Assembly (NCBI GenBank): GCA_951406725.2
Contig: OX597839.1
Location: 7,936,001 to 8,000,000 of the forward strand
Source: Octopus vulgaris
Taxonomy: Eukaryota
Length of the DNA: 64,000 nt
Direction of reading: 5' to 3'
This document shows, piece after piece, positions 1-13,076 of the stretch. Both the position numbers and the translations under genes were made by a program. The notes beneath the pieces were generated by a model. The model searched no databases and was not told the origin of the DNA. It was given only the letters and a program-made list of their open reading frames with translations. The first letter of the stretch is position 1. Every line of letters starts with the position of its first letter.

Positions 1-198
1 TTTCATTCTCTTTTGATTGTTAATTTTTGACTTTTGTATATTTTTGCTTGTTTTATATTCGTTATTTTACATGTGTAGTTGCTACATATATTTTGTTTTG
101 TGTAAGTTTTTGAAAATTTTCCGTTTATCTGCAAATTTTTTTTATTGTTTTAGCCTTTCATTTTTGTGCTTTTGATTGTAGCGTTTTTGAAAGTTTCG

Positions 199-263
<65 letters not shown>

Positions 264-575
264 CTTAATTATTATCATTGTTATTATTTTTATTTTTATT
301 ACCACCACTACTATTATTATTATTTATTATTATTATTACTACCATTAATATTACTATCATTATTATTATTATTATTATTATTATCATTATTATTATTATT
401 ATTATAATCATCATCATCATTTTTATTATCATTAAAATTATTATTATTATTATTATTATTATTGTTGTTATTATTTTTAATTTTATTACTACCACTACTA
501 TTATTATTATTATTTACTATTATCATTACTATTATTATTATCATTAAAATTATCATAAAAATTATTATTATTATC

Positions 576-620
<45 letters not shown>

Positions 621-662
621 ATTATTATTATTATTATTATTATTATTATCATTATTATTATT
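199..662. repeat. (ATT)n compound trinucleotide microsatellite
   Basis: Long ATT/ATC/ACT runs; source of the poly-I/L/N ORFs. Confidence 0.95.
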
Positions 663-986
663 TGCTATGTTGACCAATGTACTTTGTTTTTCTTTTATCT
701 GTCCATGTATCATAAAATACCAAATATAATAGACACACCCCACCCAAATCTGGTTCGGAATTGACACATCTAATAATTCAAGGTATTAGGTAACAATATC
801 TTATTTCCACATCCACTTTTACTTCCAAAAATTTCACAATGATGTAACAGAGCCTTGATAATTAGTAAATATCGCATAGCAAGTTGTATAATAAAATCCT
901 TTGTATCTTTGCAATCATGATATAAATGAACAAATAAATACAAATATAATATCATATGTTATGATATGATATAATATTATATAATA

Positions 987-1390
987 GGCGTAGGAGTGGC
1001 CGTGTGGTAAGTAGCTTGCTTACGAACCACATGGATCCGGGTTCAGTCGCACTGCGTGGCACCTTGGGCAAGTGTCTTCTACTATACCCTCGGGCCGACT
1101 AAAGCCTTGTGAGTGGATTTGGTAGACGGAAACTGAAAGAAGCCCGTCGTGTATATGTATATATATGTATGTGTGTGTATGTGTTTGTGTGTCTATGTTT
1201 GTCCCCCCAACATCGCTTGACAACCGATGCTGGTGTGTTTACGTCCCCGTAGCCTAGCGGTTCGGCAAAGGAGACTGATAGATAGAGTACTAGGCTTCCA
1301 AAGAATAAGTCCTGGGGTCGATTTGCTCGACTAAAGGCGGTGCTCCAGCATGGCTACAGTCAAATGACTGAAACAAATAAAAGAGCAAAA
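987..1390 (+). mobile_element. tRNA-derived SINE family A, full-length, with internal TA/TG microsatellite
   Basis: Head GGCGTAGGAGTGGCCGTGTGGTAAG (A box) and GGGTTCAGTC (B box); CCTTGGGCAAGT core; tail GGTGCTCCAGCATGGC..CAGTCAAATGACTGAAAC plus A-rich end; more than 15 copies or fragments in the window. Confidence 0.9.
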
Positions 1391-2436
1391 GTGTAAAAAG
1401 AGTAATATTATGCAATATAACACATCAAATATATATATATATATACATATAGATTATATTTTGGCACATAGGCGTAGGAGTGGCTGTGTGGTAAGTAGCT
1501 TCCTTACCAACCACATGGTTCCGGGTTTTACTTTATCTTCTCTTTTATTTTATCTATCTCTCTCTTTCTCTCTCTATCTCTTTCTTTCTCTTTTCCTCTC
1601 TCTCTCTCTCTCTCTCTCGCTCTTTCTGGTTTATACCTTTAATTCAAATTCTCACCATTGTCCACATTGTGTCACGCCAAATAAGCCTATATATTACGTT
1701 AAATTACACGAGTCTGCTGAATACTCAGCCATATACAAGTTCATTTAAATAACATCCCAGCAACTGAATGCTCATCGTCGACAAGGACGAAGAACCCATC
1801 ATATTTACACCTACACATATATTTACGAAACATACCGTGCAGTTTCATTTATGTAATCCTGACGTCATCGCCCGAATTTTAATATGTCGTTCCAGCAATC
1901 TTTGCTAATCTAAAAATTGATTGAAATTTTGGAATTTATATAACAAAAAAACAAATTATACAAAAATAATATCAAAAAATTACACATTTATATAATTTTC
2001 TGGTTGTTTACATAAAACTTGATGTTTTTGTTGATCTTGGTTTAGCTGTTTATTGTTGATAACGACGTTGATGGTATTGTTGTTGTTGTTGGTCTTCATT
2101 ACCGCATATACACTTCTTTCTCCTGATTTATATTCTGTTTAATCCCGTTTGTTTATTTAAATTTTGTTTACGTTTATGCTTACTTTGTGCATGTTATGGT
2201 ATTGACGATTGATATTGCCTGGCTTTTGTTTTGTTTTTTTTATACCAATATTATATATTGCACTTCATGTTTCGTGTTTTGTTGTTGATGTTGTTGCTGT
2301 TGATATTATTTTTTGGGGTGGTTTTATAGTTGTTATCGCCGATAATTTTTGTCAATGGTGAGATACGTGTGGCTTTCAGTAATATTATTGTTCTTGTTCT
2401 TCTTGTCTCACCAGTAATATTAGTTTTGTTAATAAA

Positions 2437-3462
2437 GGCGGCGAGCTCTGAAGAAACGTTAGCACGCCGGGCGAAATACGTAGCCGTATTTCGTCTGAGT
2501 TCAAATTCCGCCGAGGTAGACTTTGCCTTCCACCCTTTAGGGGTCGATAAATTAAGTACCAGTTACGCACTGGGGTCGATATAATCGACTGAATCCGTCT
2601 ATCTGTTCTAGTTTGTCTCCTCTGTGTTTAGCCCCTTGTGGGTAGTAAAGAAATATGTATTTCGACTGCCTCTACGTTCTGAGTTCAAATTCTGCCGAGG
2701 TTGACTTTGCCTTTCATCCTTTCGGGGTCGATAAATTAAGAGCCAGTTGCGCACTGGGGTCGATATAATCGACTTAATCCGTCTATCTGTCCTTGTTAGT
2801 CTCCTCTGTGTTTAGCCCCTTGTGGATAGTAAAGAAATAGGTATTTCGTCTGTCTTTACGTTCTGAGTTCAAACTCCGCCGAGGTCGACTTTGCCTTTCA
2901 TCCTTTCGGGGGGTAGATAAATTAAGTACCAGCTGTGTTCTGGGTCGATCTAATCGACTGACCCCTCCCGCAAACTTTCGGGTTTTGTATCTTGAGTAGA
3001 AAATAATATTTAGCCATGTGCAAGGCGGCTAGCTGGCAGAATCGTTACCATGCCGGGCAGAATACTTAGCGATATTTCGTCCGTCTTCGGGTTCTGAGTT
3101 CAAATTCCAGCAAAGTTGACTTTATCTTTTATCCATGCATGGTCGATAAAATAAATACCAATTTGTGTCAGGGGTCGATGCAAGAGACTTACACCCTCCG
3201 CCGAAATTGCTGGCCTTGTACTAAAATTTGAAATCAATATTTAATAACAAACCAAAGCAGCGAGCTGGCAGAATCGTTAGCACGCTAGATAAGACGCTTA
3301 GCCGTGTTTCGTCCGTTTTGAGTTCAAATGCGGCCCTAGTCAACTTTGCCTTTCATTCTTTCAAAGTCGAAAGATTAAGTACCAGTTGAGCACTGGAGTC
3401 GGTCTAGTCCACTTAACCCTCCGCCGAAATTGCTGGCCTTGTACTAAAATTTGAAACCAATA
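2437..3462 (+). mobile_element. Tandem cluster of tRNA-derived SINE family B
   Basis: Repeated GGCGGCGAGCTGGCAGAA head, GAGTTCAAATTCC B box and GCCTTTCATCCTTTCGGGGTCGATAAATTAAGTACCAG central domain (resembles the MetaSINE domain from memory); about 5 head or body units. Confidence 0.9.
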
Positions 3463-3527
3463 TTTAAATCACTATCCTTTCAGTTCAGATTTCGAATCTC
3501 AAAGATACAGGTATTGCTATTCATAAA

Positions 3528-3633
3528 GTTCTTCTTCTTCTTCTTCTTCTTCTTCTTCTTCTTCTTCTTCTTCTTCTTCTTCTTCTTCTTCTTCTTCTTC
3601 TTCTTCTTCTTCTTCTTCTTCTTCTTCTTCTTC
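3528..3633. repeat. (TTC)n microsatellite
   Basis: Perfect TTC run. Confidence 0.95.
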
Positions 3634-3914
3634 CAATCAGGACTCATGCCATTAGCCACAAAGAATAATCTCTAATTCGAGCCTACCCTAAGCTACTAAG
3701 AATGCGTGCGTGTGGCAACTTGAAGATCCACCTACCACTCGCGATAGACTGGCGAAAGCTACGTTGTTATCCTCATTCCGTAAACGGTGGCTTTTTTAAC
3801 GAGTGGAGAGCTGAACCATCCTGGGGTATAGAGGGTTCGCAATCTAGACTAGGGTCTGAAAGTTTACCACACCATAGTGGGTTACACCATGGTTCCTCTG
3901 CTTTGTGGAAGAGG

Positions 3915-4104
3915 TAGGAAGAAAGAGTGAGAGAAAGTTGTGGTGAAAGAGTACAGCGGGGTTCACCACCCAACCCCCGCCGGAGCCTCGTGGATATTAG
4001 GTGCTCTTGCTCAATAAACACTCACAATGCCCGGTTTGGGAATCGAAACGGCGTTCTTACGACGGCGAATCCGCTGCCCTAACCACTGGCCCATTGCGCC
4101 TCCA
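3915..4104 (-). mobile_element. tRNA-derived SINE family C (partial)
   Basis: Minus-strand head TGGAGGCGCAATGGGCCAGTGGTTAGGGCAGCGG...GTTTCGATTCCC; same family at 8087-8373 and 62148-62457. Confidence 0.85.
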
Positions 4105-4520
4105 GTCTTGTTATTGTAGTTGTTTCTGTTGGCATTATTGATAATGTTGTGGCTGGTGTAGTTGCCGTGGTTGTTGTTGTTCTTAATGTCATTGCTTAAT
4201 CCGTTGCTGCTCTTATTGCTAGTGCCAAAGGGTAACAAAACTATAACCTTTGAAAAGGATACAGGGTGCCCCAGCACGGCCGCAGCCCTATGTGGGGAAA
4301 ATATATAAAACAAGCAATAAAACCAATAAACATTGCAATAACGATGATAATACAGAGCAGTGATTAAAAAGGAAGGGGCGGAGGAGGAAGGGGAGGAGGC
4401 AAAGGAAGGGGATGAGGGGATGAGGGGAAGAGGAAAAGGGGAAGTGGAGGAACAGGAGGAAAAAGAGAAGGAAGAACGCGTCAACCGTGACGTAATTTTC
4501 ATTAATACACAAAATTTTCA

Positions 4521-4523
<3 letters not shown>

Positions 4524-4563
<40 letters not shown>

Positions 4564-4574
4564 ATGTATGTATG

Positions 4575-4655
<81 letters not shown>

Positions 4656-5150
4656 GTATATACATATACATGTACGTATGCATATCTAGCTATGTATGTA
4701 TGTAAATGTATGTATGTATGTATGTATGTATCTATCTATCTATCTACATATGTATATATATGAATATATGTACGTATATATATATGTGTGCGTGTGTGTG
4801 TGTATGTGTATATGTGTATATATATAATCATATGTATAAAGACATATGTACATATATGTGTCTATGCGTGTGTGTATATATATATACGTACATATATGCA
4901 TATACATACATATGTAGATAGATGGATAGATAGATAGATAGATACATACATACATGCATGCATACATACATGCATGCATACATACATGCAGACGTATATA
5001 TATATGTATATGCGTATGTGTATGTATATACACACATATATATATATACATATATATATATACACACACATATATGTACATATATATATATACATGTGTA
5101 TATATACATGTGTATATATACATGTGTATATATACATGTGTGTGTGTATA
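4524..5150. repeat. (TA)n/(TATG)n/(TG)n compound microsatellite
   Basis: Direct inspection. Confidence 0.95.
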
Positions 5151-6185
5151 AGCTGTCATTTCTGTAACTATATAAGTCGTATTAAAAATGATGTCTCATA
5201 TTCTTATTATATTTTATATTGAATCACTTACTCCTTGTTATATTCGTCAACATGCTTTTTATATTATTATTATTCTGTTATATATCCAATTGATACTGAA
5301 TTGTCTTTTTTAACCATATTCATTGCATTTGTTGTTATTATTATTATTGTCGTTGTTGACTTAGCTTCCTCTTTTAAATATATATATTTTTTTTAATATT
5401 TGTTATATTTTTGTCGAATATTTCCCCTGGATCTTTCTGGATATTTATAGATATTTATATCATTTTAATATTTTTGCGCTTAATTTTAATTTTGTATGCC
5501 TAGTTATAGCTGATTGCCGTATTATATAGTCGTATTATATTTGTCTTGTATGTCATTCATATTGGTGTCGTTGCCGTTGTCGTCTTCGCCATCGATATTA
5601 TTGTTGTTTTTGCTATCGTTGTTGTTGTTGTTGTTGTCACTGTTCATTTAACTTCCATTCATATTTGTTGGCTTTTATTAATATATTTTTAATTTTTGCG
5701 GATTTAGCAGTTTTTTTTACTTTGATTTCAATGTTGTTGTTGTTATATTTGTTGTTAATTGCTATTGTTGTTGGTTTTTGTGGTTGTTATTTATTACGTT
5801 TATTAATTGTCAGTAGTTTATACATACACACACACACACACATGCACGCATACATTTATACACACAAATCCATGTGTATATGCGCGTATATATATTCTTT
5901 TGGATGCTGTTGGGGAATTAGTTTTTTTTTTTTTTAAGAAATTATAATATTCTTTCCCTCGAGTTTTTAATTAATTTAAATTAGTCGCATATTTTCTTAA
6001 TGGATTTTAAGGTGATGCTGCTGCTGCTGCTACTGATGATGATGATGATGATGGTGATGATAATGATAATGATAATGATGATGATGATGATGATGACAAT
6101 GTTGGATATACCAACGCTGGTTGTAGTAACGCTGATGTAGTTATTGTGGTTGTAGTGATTGTAATAGTGGTTTTGGTGGTGGTGG

Positions 6186-6216
<31 letters not shown>

Positions 6217-6869
6217 GGTGGTAGTGGTGGCAATGATGATCCTGATGGTGGTGGTGAGGTGGTTGTGGCGATGGTGGTTTTATGGTGGTGGTAGAGACGA
6301 TGTCGGTGGTGGTGAAGGTTGTAGCGGTGATGGTGGTGGTGGTGATGATGGTTGTGGTGATGGTATTGGTAGAGACGGCGGTGGCGGTAGTGTAGGTGTT
6401 GTAGGTGGTGGCGGCGGCGGTGGTTGTGATCGTAGTATCTTGGGAGCAGTGCTGAAAGTTATGTCGACAGCATTAGTAGTAGTAGTAATAGCTGTTGTTG
6501 TTGGTCTAGTAGTAGTAGCAGCGGTAGTGGTGGTGGTGGTGGTGGTGATGATGATAGTCGCAGGTGGTACATGTGGTCGTGTTGCGTCAGCGGTTATTGT
6601 GATCGTGATGTTTTCATATTCGTGATTCGTAGTGATAATAGCGGTGATGGTGATGCCGTAAGCTCGATTCAGCTTATTAGGATGTTGTTGCTGTTACTGC
6701 TCTTCTTCTTGCTGTTTCTGACGACTCCACTAGAGTGGACGCAAGCGCTATATATGATTTATAAAACTTCTACTTTTAGAGTAGAATTCTACGATTCTCC
6801 ACACCAGCTTATTGAAAACATAGACACTAACAAGGACAAAAACAGTCCCAAAAGTGCCGATCGAGAATT

Positions 6870-6920
6870 CTTAATACTGATGCGTCAGTTTCGGCAATTT
6901 CCTTTGCCTCATCAGTTAAG
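6870..6920 (-). ncRNA. Type I hammerhead ribozyme, canonical core
   Basis: Minus strand reads CUUAA-CUGAUGA-GGCAA(AGGAAA)UUGCC-GAAA-CUGA(CGCA)UCAG-UA-UUAAG; all core nucleotides present, stems I, II and III pair perfectly, GUA cleavage triplet. Confidence 0.85.
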
Positions 6921-7337
6921 GCAGCTCGGTTTCTGCTCTTATTTCTTTTATTTAAGCACATGGCCTTTATAAAGAGAGGTAACCACCAGAACAGACAAAA
7001 CAATACATGGGGTACATAAAAACATATAACGAATGAATTATGAAGACGAATGAATTCTCTTTCTGGACCGGCTTCGCCATTAGTATTTATGTTTTTGCCA
7101 TCCAAATAATTGGATCATTTAGCAATTCGCTAATGTGTATATATTGGATTAATATAAAAGGCAGTTTGCAATATTTCACACAGAAATAGGAGATAAAATA
7201 TCACTAAATGTGACCAGGGTATTAGGAAATACCTACATTGCTAGAAATAAGAGTTAAATAGCTCTCATACTGTAGTTAATGCACATAAATGAAAACAGAT
7301 ACACCAACAGGGATCATTATAGTTCCCAGTCACGCAC

Positions 7338-7397
<60 letters not shown>

Positions 7398-7546
7398 TTC
7401 TTTTCTTTTCTTTTCTTTTTTTGATATATTTCAGTTCAAAGGCGACGGCCACATGCTGAAACACCGCCAGTGTTATCCCCTTTTCAGGGGCCATTCATAT
7501 GCGATTGGATTTTGATGAAGGAAGGAGTTCGACACAGCTGCCCTGG

Positions 7547-8049
7547 TATATGTATGTTTGTATGTATGTTTGTATGTATGTATGTATGTATGTATGTATG
7601 TATGTATGTATGTATGTATGTATGTATGTATGTATGTAGGTATGTATGTATGTAGGTATGTATGCATGTATGCATGTATGCATGTATGCATGTATGTATG
7701 TATGTATGTATGTATGCATGCATGTATGTATGTATGTGTATGTGTATGCATGTATGTATGTATGTATGCATGTATGCATGTATGTATGTGTATGTGTATG
7801 TATGTATGCATGTATGTATGTATGTATGTGTATATGTAATTATATATGTATGTATGTAAGTGTATATGTATGTATGTGTATATGTATGTATGCATGTATG
7901 TATGTATGTATGCATGTATGTATATGTATATGTATGTATGTATGCATGTAATATGTATGTATTATGTATGCATGTATGTATGGATGGATGTATGCATGTA
8001 TGTATGCATGTATGTACTGTGTTTGTATGTATGTATGTATGTGTGTGTG

Positions 8050-8086
<37 letters not shown>
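7547..8086. repeat. (TATG)n/(CATG) tetranucleotide microsatellite
   Basis: Direct inspection. Confidence 0.95.
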
Positions 8087-8088
<2 letters not shown>

Positions 8089-8373
8089 ACGTGACCGACC
8101 AGGCTGTCAGATGTTGCTACACATCGCTGGTCACAATGCGCTTCGCACTGCTTTAGCCTTCAAATGACGCCTTCCCGCTGGCCAACAGAAGAAAGAGTGA
8201 CAGAAAGTTGCGGCGAAAGAGTACAGCAGGGATCGCCACCACCCCCTGCCGGGGCCTCGTGGAGCTTTAGGTGTTTTAGCTCAATAAACACCCACAACGC
8301 CCGGTCTGGGAATCGAAACCGCGATCCAACAATCGCAAGTCTGCTGCCCTAACCACTGGGCCATTGCGCCTCC
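8087..8373 (-). mobile_element. SINE family C with a distinct 3' tail
   Basis: tRNA-like head at 8373-8300; tail GGCGTCATTTGAAGGCTAAA..TGGTCGGTCACG also found at 48365-48486; flanked by (TA)n. Confidence 0.85.
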
Positions 8374-8376
8374 GTA

Positions 8377-8504
<128 letters not shown>

Positions 8505-9168
8505 CATTCGTCCTTATTTATAGAAAAATATATTTGTACCAAACGAATGCTGAGTGGGATCTAATGAACTGTTCTCTCCCAAATCGTTGTGACTTTGTAC
8601 TTAAAGACAAAAGGACAAAGGACTGGCCCCTCTTTTCAGGTCAAGCCCTCATTCACGTCTTCAAGTACCGCTTGTATAATAAAGGAAGGGGTGCAGGGGT
8701 GAACAGAAACATACTACGCTCCAGTAACCTTGCTGTATCTTAACAACAAGTGACGCATAGAGATGATTTGGTTGAATGGATACAGTCTTCATTTGTGACT
8801 ATTGAGTGTAGACAGAAACAGGGGCAGCAAACTTGGTTTTTGGTATTTGTGAACATTTAGAATCGTGTGGGATGCTTCCATTGAATATCCTTATTAAAGC
8901 CTAAAACAAAAATTTTATATCCTCACAAAAAGTCAATTTATATAAACAAATTCTTTATTATACTTCACGCTACTCTTCTTCTGGCACCGATCTCCACTGC
9001 GCCCATTCAGGGATTGTTGTCTGATGCATTCATTCTACCATTACTATCACCACGACAAACCAATACGTCCCTTTCGGTAAATAAAGGTATCATTAGTATC
9101 ACCACCACCACGGCTGCCACCACCATCTCTTCATTACTACTGCTACTATTAATCCTATTACTACTATT

Positions 9169-9205
<37 letters not shown>

Positions 9206-9402
9206 GAGCAACAACAATACATCCATCAACAGCAGTGGAGGCGCAATGGCCCAATGGTTAGTGCAGCGCACTCGCGGTCGGAGGATCGCGGTTTCGATTC
9301 CTTTCGGGGTCGATAAATTACATATTAGTGAAACACTAAGGTCGATATAATCGACCAGTCCTCTCCCCACAAATTCGAAGCCTTGTACCTCCAGTAGAAA
9401 GG

Positions 9403-9444
<42 letters not shown>

Positions 9445-9974
9445 GAGTGAGAGAGCAGTTCATGCCATCAAAGTGACACTGGGGTAAAATATACGAAGCC
9501 CAATATACCCATCATGACTACCCGTCTGATAAAGGTACACCAGGCACATGCATCACAACCATATGTGCGCAACATGGTGATCTAATATCAAGATAAACAG
9601 CACATGACCTTGCAGGTGGCGCCCAGTTAGAATTTTCTTCAGGTTGAGTAGCCCATCCCGCTCAAACGGTCCCTGAATAAGGGTTGTTTAAGGATGTTGA
9701 AAGAACCACCCATGTTTCCAGAGGTGAACTATTCAAACCCCAAAGAATCCCTCTCAACACATGGCTATGATGCTCCCCCACTACTTCTGCTCGTGATCAG
9801 AGATGCACATATCGTCAGCCACTAAGGGACATGTTAACTGGTTACGGTCAAACAACTGACAAGCAAATCTGTGGTATTGAGCAAAATATTTGCTGTAGCC
9901 CATCTTTTATACCAAGACAAAACAATGTACATGATAACACTTCCAATCAGTTAAGATCAGAAGCCATGAGAGCC
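9445..9974 (-). mobile_element. Non-autonomous interspersed repeat embedded in (ATT)n
   Basis: About 530 bp flanked on both sides by ATT runs; homologous pieces at 10386-10560 and, in opposite orientation, 24880-24995. Confidence 0.75.
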
Positions 9975-9989
9975 ATATTATTATTATCA

Positions 9990-10032
<43 letters not shown>

Positions 10033-10109
10033 TATTATTATTATTGTTATTATCATTTTTATTTTTATTTCTATTTTTATTGTTGTTGTTGTTGTTATTA
10101 TTATTATTG

Positions 10110-10330
10110 AGGCGGCGAGCTGGCAGAATCGTTAGCACGTGAAAACAGACGAAATGCTTAGCGGTATTTCGTCTGTTTTTCACGTTCTGAGTTCAAATTC
10201 CACTGAGGTCTACTTTGCCTTTCATCATTTCGGGGTCGATAAAATAAGTACGAGTCAAGTACTAAGGGTCAACGTAATTGAATTATTCCCTCCCCCAAAA
10301 TGGCTGTCCTTGTGCCAAAATTTGAAGCGA
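10110..10330 (+). mobile_element. SINE family B
   Basis: GGCGGCGAGCTGGCAGAATCG head, B box and central domain. Confidence 0.85.
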
Positions 10331-10345
10331 TTATTATTTTAATAC

Positions 10346-10385
<40 letters not shown>

Positions 10386-11251
10386 GAGTGAGAGAGCAGT
10401 GCATGCCATCAAAGTGACACTGGGGTAAAATATACCAAGCCCAGTATACCCATCATGACTACCCGTCTGATAAGGGTACACCAGGCACCATGCATCACAA
10501 CCATATGTGCGCAACATGGTGATCTCATATCAAGATAAACAGCACATGACCTTGCAAGTGGTCGCCGAGGTCGACTCTACTTTTTCACCCTATCAGGGTA
10601 GCTAAAATAAGTACCAGTCGGGCACTGACTTCTGCACCAAAATTGCTCTCCTTGAGCTAAATTTTGAAATCATCATTATTAGTACATTATTTACATTATT
10701 TACATTTGACGGAGTTCAAATTCCGCCGAGGTCGACTTTACATTTCGTTGTCTCGGGATCGATAAAATATGTACCAGCGAAGTACTGGAGTCGATGCAAT
10801 CGACAACCACTCCTTCCATACCCCACCCACACCCATAAATTCAGGCCTTGTTGTTTATAGTTTTTTGTTGTCTTATTCTTTCTCTTTATCATCATGATCG
10901 TCATGAATATCTGTTCATAAAAAAAAAACAGTTAATGGAGCAGAGCACTGGGAGGGGTGAGAGACGGGTGTAGGGTAGGACGTTGGGGGGGGGGGTCACT
11001 AAAATGAAAGAAACATTTGTGTGTGTTTGTCATGTTGAATTTAATGTTTGTGTTTTTCGTTTGTTATTTTATTGTTTTTGTTTGTTTGTTTTTAGTTTTT
11101 TTGGGTTTTTTTTTTTCTAAATTTCTGATATTGCTTTCACTTGATTTCCTTTCAATTTGCTCTTGTATACATTTTTTACAGGGGTGCAGGCGAGAACATG
11201 TAAACACGATGAACAGACGCGCCATTTAACAAAACACAACAATAAGAACAG

Positions 11252-11284
<33 letters not shown>

Positions 11285-11779
11285 ACGAACAAACAAACAA
11301 ACAAACAATAACCAATATTTTTTTTTATGCGAAAAAGAGAAACAAAAAAAAAAACAAACAGAAATATGTATTAAAATTTTAATAAAATAATTACAAAAAA
11401 TGTAGAAAAGTGTAATAACAACAACAAAAAACCCTTTGAAAAGGACAAAATACTACATAAATACTACAATGCACATGTTGTTGGTTAACCCCGGATCAGA
11501 TCTGATCTAACAGGCTTCTAGTACAAGCGTTCCAGCCGTGATCATCGCACGTTTGTTTCTCCTGTATCTAAGGAATCCATGGTTAGCTTATCAAAGTTAT
11601 CGAGTTTTAAAAACAGCGGTTTCCAACCTGAAGATTTGTCGGTTGCTATTTCTAGCAGGTTGAGCGGTAACGTAGCGGCTACTATGTACTACTAGGGTAC
11701 TACTCTTGTTGTTCTTGATGTTACCCATCTCTTACGTTCTGAGGCCAAAAAATCCGATGGGCCGATTTACCATTTGACA

Positions 11780-12182
11780 GATCGTTTCTAGGTAACTAAA
11801 AAATTTTAAACTTCGTATACTGGTAGAATGTGTTTATAAAACATCTTTTTCTCTTGGCTTTATTGAGAAAATTCTATAGTTTTTAAGATATTTACTGCTA
11901 TTTTTCTTCAATTTTTGCAATTTCAACCAATCAATGACTTCTATTGAGGTAAAAAAAACATTCTGTGTCGAATGAATATGTCCCACGTTTAAGAAACAAA
12001 TTGGGTTTATTTACATTTGTGAAGAAAAAAAGATACTCTTCCCCCCATCACTAATCCTAACCCTTACTAACCCTAAACCTAAAACAGATTGAAATGCAAT
12101 AGATCGATACTAGGGTCATAATTATAGGTGACAATTTCATATGACACGGCTAGAAAAAACTGCCGTTCAAACCGAAAAGATC
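11780..12182. mobile_element. Non-autonomous DNA transposon-like element with 10-bp TSD (possibly MULE-type)
   Basis: Starts GATCGTTTC and ends GAAAAGATC (short imperfect TIR); flanked by CCATTTGACA at 11770-11779 and 12183-12192; internal CCCTAA-like repeats. Confidence 0.7.
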
Positions 12183-12252
12183 CCATTTGACAACTATTTC
12201 TAGCTGGCCCCTTGTTGCTTCATGTATATATATGTGTAAGTATGAATGTATG

Positions 12253-12316
<64 letters not shown>

Positions 12317-12319
12317 CAC

Positions 12320-12392
<73 letters not shown>

Positions 12393-12394
12393 CA

Positions 12395-12465
<71 letters not shown>

Positions 12466-12529
12466 TTAATCCAAACAAGAAAGCACAAAAAAACACAACA
12501 ACGTGAGGACGTGGAACAAATATAGTATT

Positions 12530-13044
12530 TGTCGTCTGGGTTCTTCCAATTCAATTCTTCTTTCTGTCGGTGGCAGAGTTGGCGTCCAATGCTCACACCT
12601 GCACCTGTCTTGCTCCTCCCCTTCTTCCCTCCTTCTGGGGAAGGCAGGGTAAGGAAATCAACGTCGTAAGCGTTGTCAAGGAGACCGGCGTTCTTTCCAA
12701 CGACGACGACTTCATGGCTTGAAGACTCCAAAACAGAAATGGCTAAGAAAGACGAAAGCAGATTCTTTTTTACAAAATGGGGAAACACACCACACGGGGC
12801 AGGTTTCCCGTGCAAAGGATTTGCACAACCGAATGTATTGGTTGTTGCACAACTTTTACATAAAAAATATTATCCGAACACAAACTTAGTATTGTTTAGT
12901 ATTGTGTTTGTTTTTTTTTGTTTTAACGCTTGTGAAAAGTTGGATTCGTTTTTGGTGGTAGTTTTGGTGTCACTTGTAGTAGTTGAGGTTGTAGTAGCGG
13001 CGTTGTTGTTGGCAGTTTTTGTAGGCGGCAAAACGACGATATCG

Positions 13045-13076
<32 letters not shown>

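Noticed and set aside
987-1060. tRNA genes at SINE heads (here and in other copies)
   Set aside because: A and B boxes are present, but there is no intact cloverleaf and the heads run into SINE bodies
12050-12082. Telomere or chromosome-fusion relic
   Set aside because: Only about 5 degenerate units, inside a TSD-flanked element
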